From the NCBI GenBank assembly GCA_900088475.1, contig FLMG01003917.1:1-64000 (forward strand): 64,000 bases of DNA. Direction: 5' to 3'. A model generated the notes under the pieces. The model was not told where the DNA came from and ran no database searches. It saw nothing but the letters and a program-made list of their open reading frames with translations. The position numbers and the translations under genes are program-made. Below are positions 11,574 through 25,200 of this stretch, piece after piece; position 1 is the first letter of the stretch, and the number at the start of each line of letters is the position of its first letter. The DNA is from Hyphochytrium catenoides. Its lineage: Eukaryota > Protista > Hyphochytriomycota.

Positions 11574-14083
11574 AAAAGACTATGAGCGCCTTGTTCCATC
11601 CACGGCTCTCATTACACTAGGTTCACCATCCCTCTTGGCACTTAGCGTTTTTTTAGTCAGTGACAACGCTAACAGGTTAATCTTATTGCCAGCATAAAGG
11701 TTGTCCTAGGCTATCTACTGGGTTAATTCACTGCTTTTGTGCATTTTTGAAGACAGTTCGTTCTTGAGCTCTAATCGTTAGCCCTACTCTTATCTAGCGA
11801 CCTCTGCTTGATTGGGGTGTCCATCAACTACCTTGCCATGTCTCCGTTCAGAATCGGCCAAACTTAACAGGTCAGAGCCTTGACAAGTGCCTTGAAGAGG
11901 TAGCCTGTCGCTTTGTGGCCGTTAACCCTTGTATGCTATCTATTCTCAAGAGCTGGGGTTACAGGGCATATATAACTCCCCTCGCCGATGGGTTTCAGGC
12001 CCATCCCAACATGCCTTCAGGATGACGATGTCGACATCGTCCTCTTCTCTATCGCCATTCTGTACCATACTTTTCTTGAGCTGTACATCAGGAAGGAACT
12101 GTCTGCAATAATGTTCATCTTACGTCTAGCGCCCGAAAGATCTATAAGTCATACGACAAACAAGGAGCGAGACCAAATAAATTGGCAACAGGATAAGGAG
12201 GCACAGACGGCTGCTGTAGTGATAAAGCGGGCTCAGCAGGTGGGAGAGCCCAACGGCCAAAGCATTTGTCGTACGCGAGGGCTTTTTATTGAGACCAAAG
12301 GAATCGGATAGAAGGAAGGTAACACTAGGGAGCCGTCCGGGCCCGTGTAGGAGCAGCATTACATGCGCTTGCTCACCCAGTCAAGTTGGCGGTTATGCGG
12401 ACCACTGAAGGCTCGAGTGTTAGATTAAGTCATAGGGGGACCTTTTTGCCGTCTCCCGAAACATCTTCTTCGTCGTCATCGTCACCTCCATCATCACCGC
12501 CCTTGTCGGCGTGAGCTTCAGACCTTATGTCCGCCAGAATCGACACTCTCAAGCTGCTAATAGGACCAACATCGTCGGAGTTGATAGCGTCCACACCAGC
12601 CATGGCATGTGGATGTGATCTGAAAATAGTCTCGCCAGTTATGCCTTGGATGGGTTGCCTATTTGCTCTTATAAGATTCTTGACATCAAAGATCCAACAA
12701 TTATCTTAGGCAGACATTAACGAGTAGTCTGACGCATTACTTCGACTACAGCTCCCCAACGACACATCCTCGGAGGCTAAAGCTCTAACCACACCTCTTT
12801 TAGCTCAAGCAAGAGAAAGAAGAGCAGGTTCTATCCCTATAGTTGCCCTTTTCTTCAATCAGAAGAGATGTTGGGAATGATTGACAATCAAATTCGCTTG
12901 CCATAATGCTCATCAAGCAGCAGGAGGCGAGAAGTGCTCCACGTCTGTCGATGTACAGCAGCCAGCAGAAAGACCTGTCCGCTGGGTTGCACAAGTAACC
13001 AGGAGGAGGAAGGCTTGAGACATTTCTTCTGCTCTTTCATAAACCCTGATAAAGATCGAACACGGCGCCTGCTAAACACCTACTATCGATCGATCGATGA
13101 TGTGCCTTCGTTCCGTGACCAACAACCAGATGCAAACGCAGCATCGATGATTGATCCTACAGAGAGACAGCAAAGCGTTGATGATAGTTCCACGGTCCAC
13201 GCTGGTACTCGTAGTACAACTGCGTGCCACAAAGGAGGTGAGGATGTGTGTCATTGTACAAGCTTCAAGGGTCGAGTGGGCATTCATGTTCTTGATCATC
13301 TCACTCTTGATTCATTATATTCCGAAGATGGAGCACTAGGATAGGGAATTCGTTGAGGGATGGCCCTTGATGAAGCGAACTTGATGGGAGGAAAGTAGAA
13401 CCTAGACTTGCTGCCCATCAGGCCCCACGACATAGTAGAAGTGACGTGTGAGTGCAAGAAGTGACTGATGGCAGGACACTATCCCGTGTACGCGCTCAGC
13501 GTCTGTCCAAGGAACTAGGAGTGCTGAAGTGTCAGAAGAAAGGGAAAAGTTTACCTCTTTTCGTTCTTTGCTCCCATCAAAAATCTGGTTGTCGACTAGA
13601 TAGCTCTTTGAGGTAGGTACAAGGCACCACAAGGCTTCCATGATGTGCAATACAAACAGTCCAACATTCTAACCACTGTAAGTGCATTATGATTGTCACA
13701 CCCGCGCCATTCTTCTCTTCTCGTGCAGCGCGAAGGCTGACAATAGTTTAGCTCTTACCACTACGCTCATCGCTCTTCTGTTGTCAGCTTACGACCATCA
13801 TGCGCATAGAACTATCATCACTTGTTGGTGGTTCCATCTCCTTATTATTCCGTGGTGTCTATTCTTGTTGGACACCACTGTTTCTTCTAACCCACGACGG
13901 CAGTCACTTCGGCCACACCATCCAAGAAAGCTGATGAGAGCGACAGTGTCCTTTACCCATCAGTGTCACGAACATAACCTAATTTCCTCTCTAAGACAGA
14001 CCATAATACAACGTCTCAATCAACAAGAAGAACATCAACGGACCTACGGCCAGTATCCAATCTACTACCACTGACAACAAGGG

Positions 14084-14606
14084 ATGATGACAGTTGACGC
14101 TATAAGGACGGGCCTTTCAGTGCTTTTGCTGTTAACAGGAGTTGTCCCACGACAATGTCATGCCGCTGTGAAAACTATTGACTGGGATGATGAAAATAAA
14201 TATTCTCCGATGACAGCTAGTCTTGGTGACACGCTGTCTTTCTCTATCGCAGGAAAGGACGATTGGGTCCAACTTTTACCCGATATGAAAGCTTTCCAAG
14301 CCTGTGACTTTAAGAATGCGGTTGCTANNNNNNNNNNNNNNNNNNNNNNNNNNNNNNNNNNNNNNNNNNNNNNNNNNNNNNNNNNNCAAAGCAAAGAACT
14401 TTAAGCTTCAGGTGACAGTTACGGGTGGTGGTAGCACCACTGGAACAGCCACAGGAAGTTCTTCAACCGCAGGCACCAAGAGCTATTCTACAGCAGTACC
14501 ACCCTCGTCATCCGCCTCCTCCCTCATCCTGGCTCCTCTAACGACACTATGTGCATACCTGCTTACTTCACTCACAACTCTGTTGGCTGCTAATGCAGAC
14601 TACTAA
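14084..14606 (+). CDS. Secreted, probably GPI-anchored cupredoxin/phytocyanin-like protein (interrupted by an N gap)
   Basis: Signal peptide, then IDW...ASLGDTLSF...V.....AFQACDF, then the gap, then KLQVTV, a Ser/Thr/Gly stalk and a hydrophobic C-terminal tail. This is the phytocyanin/ENODL layout. Confidence 0.75.
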
Positions 14607-14973
14607 TGGAGCGTCGTAGCACCGATAGACATCTCCTTCTCTGTAGTTTTCTCTTCTTTCTTTATGTTTTTGATGTCCTTCCACCACGATAGCGTAACTA
14701 CTTCCACCACGATAGCGTACCTACCATTTATGTCCTTTTATAATAACCCCGTTGTTCTTCATAATTAACTACCCTCGTAGATAATGGAGGCCCTACTAGA
14801 AGAGCTAGTAATCAATAAGCACGCAGCTATGAGAAGGCTGTTGTGCTTCTTCCAGTACATTCAAGCAAGGGAGACTATGATTCTTATAGCATATGCGAGG
14901 TCAAACCCTTTTAGATCAGAATGGAGGCTTGCTGCTGCTAGCATATGGTACCTGCTGACCGCGTCTTTCTAAT

Positions 14974-15145
14974 AATACAAGCCACACGTGATGATGCAGT
15001 CACTCATCAGTGATTCAATTGGGAGGATAAGCAGGGAGAGAGGAATCGCTAGTGAGGCTCCCTACACAATACAAGCCACACGTGATGATGCAGTCACTCA
15101 TCAGTGAACATTTGAGAGGATAAGCAGGGAGAGAGGAATTGCTAG
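14974..15145. repeat. Two-copy direct repeat of about 79 bp (period about 94 bp)
   Basis: aatacaagccacacgtgatgatgcagtcactcatcagtga...gaggataagcagggagagaggaat.gctag occurs at 14974 and again at 15068. Confidence 0.9.
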
Positions 15146-16182
15146 AGAGAGAAGCAGATCGTTCCCTACAAGCTCAAGCTCTAGTGCATGGTGGGCCATT
15201 TTAGAGGCGTGAATCAAGTTCAGAACCACACCGTCTGATAATTGCACACCGTCCTTTCCGAGATTGCGACATCGTTCTTCCTCCATTGGGAGCGAGCACA
15301 AGGATACAAGGTCATCCATCTTATAATTGATGTCGAAGCCATTGACTTCAACATTGTCTGTATGGGTCCCAGCAATAAAGTTGGCTGATGGCAACAGACA
15401 GGGGGTGCGACCGTCTAGTGGTAGTCTAGCGGGTCCGGAACTGGTTGGCTGCATGCTAGCTATGCAAGGCAGGCCTGCTGGCTGCTCTCAGAACCCGACG
15501 AACGCATCTCAGCTTTACAGCGGTGAGCCCAACACATTGATCAATGCTGCTTTACTCCCTCTTCTTTTCTTTGATACGTCTCCATGAGCTAAGGACAACA
15601 CCACGACTCCGCGGCGCATTCTGATAGAGCTCTTCTGATCCTAAAAGCCATCTGGATCTAAACCCCAGTTCTACTCGCTAGCTGACAGTAATGCATTCTA
15701 TTACTACTGGCCGACATTTAGGCACCACAAATACACCGTGTAGGAAAAAAGTGTCAAATGAGACCTGTTTACTCTTTGGTAACGGACAATGCTGATACTG
15801 TAGTAGTAGTAGTCAAGTGTATATTGCGTGTACACCCTTTACTACTGGGGTAGGGCTGGAGGAGGAGGTGATGTTGAAGCTTCGGAGGCGATGTTCTGAA
15901 GGTTCGAGCGGCAGAAGAAGTCTGGATGGCAGGTAAGGCGGAGACTGGACGAGAACGCGACGACAAAGGCCACCATGGCTTAGCAGAAGAAACAGAATAG
16001 GAGAAGAGTGAGAGAAGAGGATGGCTTGTGGAGAAGCAAAGGGACATGTTTCTTGGCTAGGGTGGGCATGCACTCTGCAATAAGATTCGAGACCATGTGG
16101 CTATGAACAGCTTCTTGATGTCTACAGCGGTAGCGATTCGCATGTACCTCGGTGCTCTAAGAGGGGTCCGGGAGGCGTAGGG

Positions 16183-19100
16183 ATGGGGGCATGGTATTGT
16201 TTGTTGCTGGTGCTAACTTTGTCATGGCTCGTGAGAGCCGAAAGGAGCCACCGAGTGACTCTTAAGTTTTCACCAGAGGCCGTTCGTCCACCACAATTTG
16301 GACCAATAAAGAAGGCAAGGTTCAGGATGTGCCTTCCCGACTTTAGGATCATAGAAGATGACCTCTATCAGCCTTACACTTCTTTCTTCATTGCTTCGCA
16401 TTACGTCTCTTTCTTTCCTTTGCCCATCCGCTCATTCCTTTTCTCGGCGCTCACTCTCTTCGGTGCTATGTCTTCTAACTTGGGCGTGGAGCTCACCTAT
16501 CTCCCCTCAGTTCTGTTTCGTAGTCAATAATGAGACGTCTCGTTCTCTTTGTACGGACCATGGCCAGTTGGTGGTCGACAATCTGCAAGCTGGGAAGCAT
16601 CTCTTAGACCTCAAGGTACCCTTGACCCTTGACAATATACCCTGCCCGTTTACAGTCGCCCTATTCCGTCTTTGTGTATTTCCTTCACCATTCGGTCCCT
16701 ATAACTTGGTTTTGAAAGTCGCTCTCTGTAAACCTAGCTTCTGCCCGGCGACCAGAGCTCCAAGGATGCCTACTGTAGGCACTATGAGCTGGAGGTATCT
16801 TCAACCGGTGAAGCGGCTCAACTCATAGAGAGGGAACAGGGAGTCTGCAGTCTGGAAGGTACATAAAGCAAAGCTACATTGCCTTGATAGCTCCCGCAAA
16901 GGCGCACTTACAGCCATAAAGCTTTCCTTCCTTCAAGAAATGGGCCCCTAATTTACCACTTCCTGAACTTCTCCGTTATACTGTTAGATGGAGACAGAGC
17001 GGTGACAGGGGCAGATGTAGTCCAATCTCGCGTCCCCTTAGCTAGGACGTTTGAACTGGACCTTCCTCTTACATTTGACAAAGTGAAAGCTGACAGAAAG
17101 AGCTCTGAGGTAATGGAAAGATAACAAGAGGGAGTAAAGAGCAAAAATGGAAGAACGTCCAAGACCATCCGCAAAAGAGAGAGACGAATAATAACCCGCG
17201 GATTCTCTAGGGCAGTACGGGCGGTTGGATGGCACCAGGGCTTCAACGTCCCAGGAGCTAATAGATTGAACTATCACAATCCACAGCAAGTACTGAACGA
17301 AAGCGCATCCACTAACATTAGTGTCCGACCTCTAGGTTTGCGTCCACAGCAGCGGTGGCTTCGAAGCAGGGTGCTACCCGGCGTCAGGGGGTTCACTTAA
17401 AGCTCAAGCTAAAAGGGGCATCTATATCTTTGACATCGCGGTAGGAGAGACACACTATATTGCGAACCTTTTTCTCTGTGGAAGATCCATTACCTGACCT
17501 GATTTTCTTCTTCTTTGTGGCTCCGATACAGCTGAGGAGCTTGCAAGATGAGAGGAGCGTAATCTCCAGGAGCAAGCACCTACTTGCGGTAGATCCCCAC
17601 GGTATGATCATGGACATATGGGGCTTCCTGTCCTTTTCGACTTACTTCGTGGTTCATCGTATATTGTCTTCCTCTATCCCACGGTCACTATGGTTTCTGA
17701 ACTAATGAGGTTTCTTTTGGCATCAGTTTCTAACAATGCGACTGCAGGGTGCAAGACAGATTTGCCTGTGGAACTCCTTCCAACTTCAGCCCCTTACATC
17801 TTGTACGGCAAGTCCAATAGTCTCCTCGTGAGCCTCCTCCTCCCAAGTGTTCCTTGGAGTCTCCTTGCACCCTCTATTGCACTACTCCTTTCTGAGGTGA
17901 TCTCTCACACCTTATATCACCTCTCACTTTCAGGCTGGACCCCACGCTGAACGATACCGTCGTCTACTCAAAGGAGTCTTGTCTATTGATGTTTCTCTTC
18001 AATGGAGGAGGAAGACGTAGTGGGCAGGCAAAGCAGAGAGACCTTTTACCAGGAGACGAGAGAGGACCTACTGAGGAATTCCAGTTGGGCCGTGATTTGT
18101 ACTTGGGCTTTGAGGTCATGGGGGCTAGCACTCAGAAGCTTATGCAAGACACGAGGGAGGCCACTTTATCTCCTTGCATCTTTGGTGAGCTTTACCTGCT
18201 TTTCAGATACGCCGCAATGATCCTTGATGTTAACCCCTTGCGCCTTCATTTCTCTGTGTATTAAGCTTGTTCCATCTCTCGGCTTACGTGCTATCTCACT
18301 TATCTCACCATGTTCATGTAGGAACTCTTGGGGTTGCGCTCTCACTCCACCTGCGAAATGGGACGCCTATAGCTCCCACCTCCTCAGTGTTGTTCCACAA
18401 TTTGCCCACAATCCAAGAAGCGGATGGAATGCGCCTTAGTCGAAACACTACCACCTCCCTAGCCCTTCCTCTGCCTTTGCAGGTGGTGCTTAGCTCATAG
18501 GGCCATATAATGGCTTGTACTCCTTGTCGTACGCTTCGGTTTACCTCCGCCATAATCTTCTCCTCCGTCCTACTCTCTTTGAATCACATCCTCTTATCTA
18601 GGTGCTTGTGGAGTCTAATCCTCTAATGTGCCCTTGATGTCAACCCCATTAGATCTCCTTCATGCTAACGTTCTTACTCCTGGTTGCCACCATGGTTCTG
18701 TAACATCAGGGGGCAAATAACCATAAGGGGGATGCTCGAAGGGTTCCTACGAGGCTTCTTTTCGTAGGACGACTTCGGTTCGACGGGCAGAAGCAATTAT
18801 GGTTGGATCAAATGGAGGCAATCCACAACCATAACAGAAGAATCAGGGATGGGCACAGCCTACCGATGAAAGGACTTGAAGATCACATGAAGTGGCAAGA
18901 CATTGAATTGATTCCACGGCTTTTCGAGCTTGGCTTCCTCTCTTTTTCCTCTGTTGAGGAGGAAAGAGCATCTAGTGGCGGGGCATTCATGCTAGACAAA
19001 TTGAGGTCTCTAGGGGTTCGCATTGAAGGGGTCCCAATAACGGTCAGTTCAAGGGTAGTCTCTCCGGCCATTAGTGGGCCTTTCGGTTCCTCCCCATTAT

Positions 19101-21541
19101 TATCTGCGAGAGTGCTTCGGCCACTGATCTAAGCTGCTTTGTGACTTATGCAGCTACCAGAGTCGCAGACTAAAGGCTTGAACGCTGCGGGTGTGAAGAA
19201 TGTGGTCCTTGGTCACCTAAAACTAGCAATTAAGGCCTGGAGGATGCTTAGGGTTGAAAGAAGGCGAGAAGAGAACCACGGTGACTGTGGCGATCTCCAT
19301 CCTCTGGATAGAGAAGAGATTTTTGCCCTTCTGCCCTCATCTCCCTCTTTCACGCGCGCGGTCCTAGAACGCGTGACTGCTGCCTTCCGCAGACTGGATG
19401 TAAGTGGGACCACGTGGCACGGCGTTAAGTTCAAATTATCTGTAGTCGACCTCCGCCTAACGCACTTATTATCTGTCCTTTCCTCACTCTATGGTGCAGC
19501 CTGACATAGTCTCCATGTACAATAGTCTAGGGGAGCCTTTCGATGAGGTATTGCGTCTGCTCTCTCAAGCATATTCACTCCAAACCGCTAGCTTCTTCCT
19601 ACTCCACCTTATTAGGGGGTAGCTGGTTAATCTCTATTTCTAACATGCAACCTACGTTATTGTATGTATTGCTTGCCACTTGCTACACTACTCTTACCTC
19701 TGAGTCTGTCCTGCCTTGTCCTGTCTTCTAAGTAAGTTCAAGGTTCACCTCTCATAGATATGACAATGCAACTCCACATCATGCAGGTCCTAATATGCTG
19801 TGCGAGGCTTGCAGGCGCAAAGAGGGTGGTGCTTGAAATGCCCACGTTGTCTCCAAACAGCCAAAGTCTGGACCTCATAATTGCTCCTTCACACTACGTC
19901 AAGTATCATAAGGTAGCTCATCCGCTCATTCCCACTCCAATCCTCCTTCTTGTGCTGCTCCTCTGTCTTATCTCAGCCGCCATACCCTTTTCCGTCCATT
20001 TAAAGGTTTCGGGTCTGTCTTGGAAATAGAGTCCTGGCCCTCAGTTCCTCTAGTACTCTGACTAATCAGTTTTTTCGTGGGGCGAATGACGCCACCGAAA
20101 TTCTACTCTAGAACCCTTAGCCTTCTTCTGATACCACCACATCTCGTTCCTCAAAACGTGTAGTCTGTCAAGGTTGCAACGGAGAAGACTCGGTCGCTCG
20201 TGCATGTTATAACTCCAGGACTGCACCGGCATAAGGTGGAGTGTGATTCAGACAAAAAAGTGCACAAGAAGGAGATAGACAAACTCAGAATTTGGCTGGG
20301 TGAAGGACGTCGGAGGTTGCACTTCTCGCAACCTGAATCTTTCAACTCCTTGGAGCTCTGGGATAGTCCTGGAGGGCAACAGAGCAATTGCTGGGGAAGG
20401 AGGAACCAGAACGGCGAAGGAGAGAATAACTTGTCCATGACCCGTCGCCCAACAGTGGTTGGCACTGTTTCTCGAATGGACCCAGAAAAGGCGGTTGGAT
20501 TAGTCCTTCACAGTTTAAGGATACTTTCTCAGTCAACCTCACATGATGTTAGAGCTCTTATTGTGGGTGGTGGGCCTCTGCTTCCCTATCTGAAGGAGCA
20601 AGCCGCAAGGCTAGATGTTCAAGACCGAGTGTACTTTGCGGTATGCTACTTGGGCATATGTTCCCTTGGACACTCATCATCCCTGGCACTATCTCCTCTC
20701 CCCAGCTATCAGTCCCTGCATCTAGGGAGGCTATCTTCGTCCTTTTGCTTTCGTTCTTCTTCTCTTTGAAGTTGCTTTGGGAACCTGCGACACTTCTCTT
20801 CCTTGTCCTCCCAAGGACCTTGTAGTGTAGGGTGGGCCTAAAACTTTCCTGCGTCAGGGTCCGGTGTTCGACGGCCTTGGGTGCTACTTAGAAGCTATGG
20901 ACATCTTCGTCAATCCCTCTCTCGCCGAGGAGACATTCTGCTTGGCTAACATAGAAGCTATGGCTGTTGGGCTGCCCGTCGTATCCTTTGGTAGGCACTC
21001 CTCCCACTGTCCTCCTTTTAAGGCTGGGTTCTCTCCTCCATTTCTTTCTCTTGAGCCATTTGCCACCGTTTAGCTATGCCTTTCTTTGTCGACCGTCCCG
21101 TTTGGGCCGTCAGATAGCCGGGACTAGCTCCTGGGATACTCTGAGAATGCTTATTACTTACCTCTTCTCATTGCGCGCTGCACTCTAGCAGTCTAATAGG
21201 CCCTAGCTGGGCAACCTTCACCCTCCTTCCACACAGTTTAGAGTTGTCAGCTTTATGGTAACCCTCCTTTTTGCGTTTTTGTAGGTCTTGGGGGCCAGGG
21301 AGAGTATCTTAGGCACGAGGAAAATAGCTTGATAGTACATAATGTCTCGGTGGACGCGCTCGCTGCATCTCTCGCCCAATTGATCAAGGATCCAGGACGC
21401 GCACGGAGGATGGGGAGGAATGGGAAAGAGCTAGTACGGGACAAGTACCAGCTAGATCGCACCAAGAAGGAGTATCTGGCAATGTATCATGCGCTAATGG
21501 CAGATGACGAGGCTGAGGTAAAGGGAGAGGATAAGGCTTGA
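16183..21541 (+). CDS. Signal-peptide-bearing glycosyltransferase with a C-terminal GT-B / GT4 (Glycos_transf_1) domain; many exons
   Basis: N-terminal signal MGAWYCLLLVLTLSWLVRA. C-terminal exons read VVGTVSRMDPEK, LIVGGGPL, DIFVNPSLAEETFCLANIEAMAVGLPVV (E-x7-E GT4 motif) and ARRMGRNGKELV. Middle exons are only partly resolved, so linkage of the 5' exons to the GT domain is inferred. Confidence 0.72.
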
Positions 21542-22235
21542 TATCTGAGCTCCAGTCACACTGGATAAAAACTTGCAAAGAGCTCATACTATTTTGAGTT
21601 GTAGAGCAAGCTATAAGTGCGGAGGAGTTCGCCCCATCTTGGACTGGCCTTGCCCAAATGCTTTCCGAGACTGCAAGGCCACTATTGGCGGCCTCTGATG
21701 CGTTGTCAAGAGCCAACACAGATAGAATTCTATTCTACTTCTACCCGTAGCCTTGCCTTGACGATGTTCCAAAGATCTCCATCATTGGGCTGCATTACAT
21801 ACATTACTCTCGGGTTCAGCGATAGACTTGTACTCTTGTAAATAACATCAGAATGGTAATTCACCTTTTGTATAGTAGCCCTGGCTATTACTACTTAACA
21901 AAGGCTTTGCTTATACTGTACAGTTACAGTAGCTGTGCAGCCTCGGGCTTCCTTGAGCTCTGATGACTGATGACAGATGGACAGATGGTACTCTATTCTT
22001 ATAGTTCTATACGGAGAGGTGGCACTCGAGAGAAACACCTCTCACAAGAGGCAAGAGGTAGCTGAGTGGAGAATAAAGGAGAGTTGTTGGCTCTTGGAGA
22101 CACCCTTGCGAGGCTGACAAGGGTCTAGCGGGAGACTCTATCTCGAGGTGTACATCGGCAGCTACATCGGCTATCGCATCACGGCCTGTGAAGACAGCAA
22201 GCTAGCAGGAGTTTGTCTCTTTTTCTCTCGAGGTC

Positions 22236-25200
22236 ATGAAGCTTACAAGCAAACATTCTGCTTCCATGAGACAGATAAGACTGTCTTTGGCGCCCATCTT
22301 TCGGTAAGGGCACAATGCCTGCTTTCCACCTTCAGCACGTCCTGATTTGGAAGGTCCTTATCTCCTTCAAGTCTCTCACGCTTCCTTCTTCTGACTGATT
22401 ACTCAACTGCGTGGTTCACTGTCCTGTAGGTGACAGAGGCTCTCAGTCTAATCCTCTTTTGCTAACTCCCTCCGACCTGTGGTCCTATGTGTAGACGCCA
22501 AAAGGTCTGCACTGTACCGCTAGTGCGATGGGATGCTCAGTCGCCATCATTTTCTCTATGGTCACACTTGTCACAGCACCGGCCCAGAAACCGAGATGAT
22601 CATCGACTGTAAGAGTAACTTGATAGGCAGCTCTCGACCATATTTAGATAGACTGCCTCACTAGAGTGCATCGTAAATTCCCCTCACCCTTCCCTTCTAC
22701 CGCATCTTCCCTTACATTCTCTATCTTTAGATACGGCAAGCCTCTCGCAGCTCTTTTCACCTCCGCAGCACTTCTTGCAGCACTTCCTCAGGTCAGAGTA
22801 GTGGGACAGGTGAAGGAAATGAGAGCCAGAGGTACATGCATTGACCTAGAGTTAAAGTGTCGACTTTTCCCAATGCGAGACCATAACGAACTGCAAAAGG
22901 GTTGAAAGGGTTAAGACCAACGGAGGCAGTAGAAGAGCTGGAAAAGCGCTGTGGCAGAGATGAAACCAATTAGACGGTTATCTCACAAAGTACATGCAGG
23001 GTGGCGCTCTAGGGTCTGCTCGAGCTGAGGCGGAAGAAGTACAGGAACCTGGTGGATCCTCGCTCCCTACCTTTAGGTTAGTCGACCCATTCCATCCTCT
23101 TCCTAAAGGTTGTTCCCGCTTCTCTACACAGGATACTTTACTTTATCACTCGTTCCCCTATCGACGCTAACTGACCTCAGCTCAATGGTATGTGGTTGTC
23201 TGCAGGCATCGCCCTAAAGTAATCTTTGTCCTCGGAGGTCCTGGGGCTGGAAAGGGTACCCAATGTGAGAGGATTGTTGAGTGCTATGCATTCATACATC
23301 TTTCGGTCCGTCCCGTAAGCTTTTAAGTCTTCGTATCTCTAGCTTTGATTAGCCTTCTTTTCCTCCTAACAGGCCGGCAATCTGCTGAGGGAAGAGCGAG
23401 CCTCTGGGTCTCCTGATGGGGAACTTATAGACCAGATCATAAAAGAAGGAAAGATAGTACCGGTAATAGAGGAAGGAAATTCATGATAACTATACAGGCT
23501 GAAGAGAAGCGAAAGAAGGGAAAGAGAAGTATCAAAGGAGAAAACGTGCGGTCGAAGTTGCCACACTATGTTGGCATGTGAAATGTGCAATGAATCAGAG
23601 GCACAGCAAGACATGAGAAATAATGGACATGCGATTGAGTTGTGCTCCTTACCAAGGTGTCTTCATCTCAGGTTGCAATCACTCTTCGGCTGTTGAAGAG
23701 AGCAATGCTGAAAAGCAAGGGAGAGATATTTCTCATCGATGGCTTCCCAAGGAACTATGATAATTTACAGGTATGTTCTTCATGTATGTACGAAGGGCTC
23801 TGATGGTCGTAGATCCACTCACTTCTATATCTGACAAAGGGCTGGGAGAGGGCAATGGGAGGTGACGTTGACGTAGAGGCAGTCCTCTTCTATGACGTCC
23901 CACAAGACGAGATGGAGATGAGGTTGCTGGCAAGGTACGATGTGGGAAAATGTTAAGGTAGTTATCAAAGAAGCTTCAGATGTGGAAATGGCCTGCGTAT
24001 GGTTTGCCGAAGTGAGACGTGGACGCTCTTGCAACTTCAAAAGTATGAGTTTGATGAACTGGTGCAGTATGCTTGTCGCATAGGCCTCGGAGAGTTACAG
24101 TGTATATAGCTTCTTTATGTGGTGGACCCGCCGGTGGAAGGAGTTAGAGCAAGAATCACTCTAATTGGTTTCTCTCGTCCTGTTAGAGGAAAGACAAGTG
24201 GCCGAACCGACGACAATATTGACTCCATTAGAAAGCGATTCAAGACCTTTGCAGAAGCGGTAATAAGATCTGTCATGTGACTCCCTACCTCTTGCTTATG
24301 GACCCTTTGGACGAAGCCAGTCGTCCGTACAGTTGTTGACCGATCCTTCTTTTCCACTCTTCGCAGTCCTCTGTTCACTTCGAAATCGTCCTTTGCTAAC
24401 TGTATACTCTCTGTAGACTATGCCTATCGTGAACCACTATGAGGAACAAAACAAAGTTATTAGAATTACAGGCACAGGCCGTCCAGACTTGGTTTTCAAG
24501 TCTACCGCGAAAGCAGTGGAACCGCTACTAGAGAAGCACTTGGTGCAGATTACTCAGGTAGCGCATCTACCCTGCCTCGTTCAGGCTGACGGGTGTCCTT
24601 TTCATTGCTTTTATGAGACTGATGTTTCCCGAGATTTTTTCACACGCAGTCTGTATCAAGCTCGCCTCAGACACGACCATCCCTTTTACCTTAGAGGACG
24701 TGCTTCTGGTTCTAGATTTTAGAGGGCCCTGGGGGGTCCTGTGCCTCCATTGAACCCCATCTTGACTCGTTTTTTCCTTTTTTATAGAGACTTTTGGACG
24801 CTATCCATAGCGGGGACTGGGAGACATACGAGGTAAGCCGCAAAAACTTCCCTTAGGAGCTCAAGCTCGTCGGACGGTCATCTTATCATGCCTGATGTAT
24901 AGGAACTTGTCGATCCATCATTGACAGCATTTGAACCCGAAGCTGTAGGGCATATTGTCGAGGTACAATTGTCACTGACCAGGAGAAGCTCTGTCACATT
25001 TGGTTCTTATTATTCTTCACACCATAGAACCGTCACCTCCTTTGACTTGTAACCTTCAATCTTTCTACCATGGATCTTTCATGCATCTCTATTTCTCAAG
25101 TTACGTCGGCATGTCTCTGAAGAAGTGATGGTCTGATTGCCGCTCTCCCTGATCTCAAGGGTCTAAAGTTTCACGAATTCTACTTCAAGCACTCGGGACG

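Noticed and set aside
11750-13700. In-frame TAA/TAG in coding-like stretches as a sign of stop-codon reassignment
   Set aside because: The conserved genes in the window have no internal stops and end in TAA, TAG or TGA, consistent with the standard code.
14974-15145. Repeat-spacer-repeat pattern resembling a CRISPR array
   Set aside because: There are only two copies, the sequence between them is also largely duplicated, no cas genes are present, and the context is eukaryotic.
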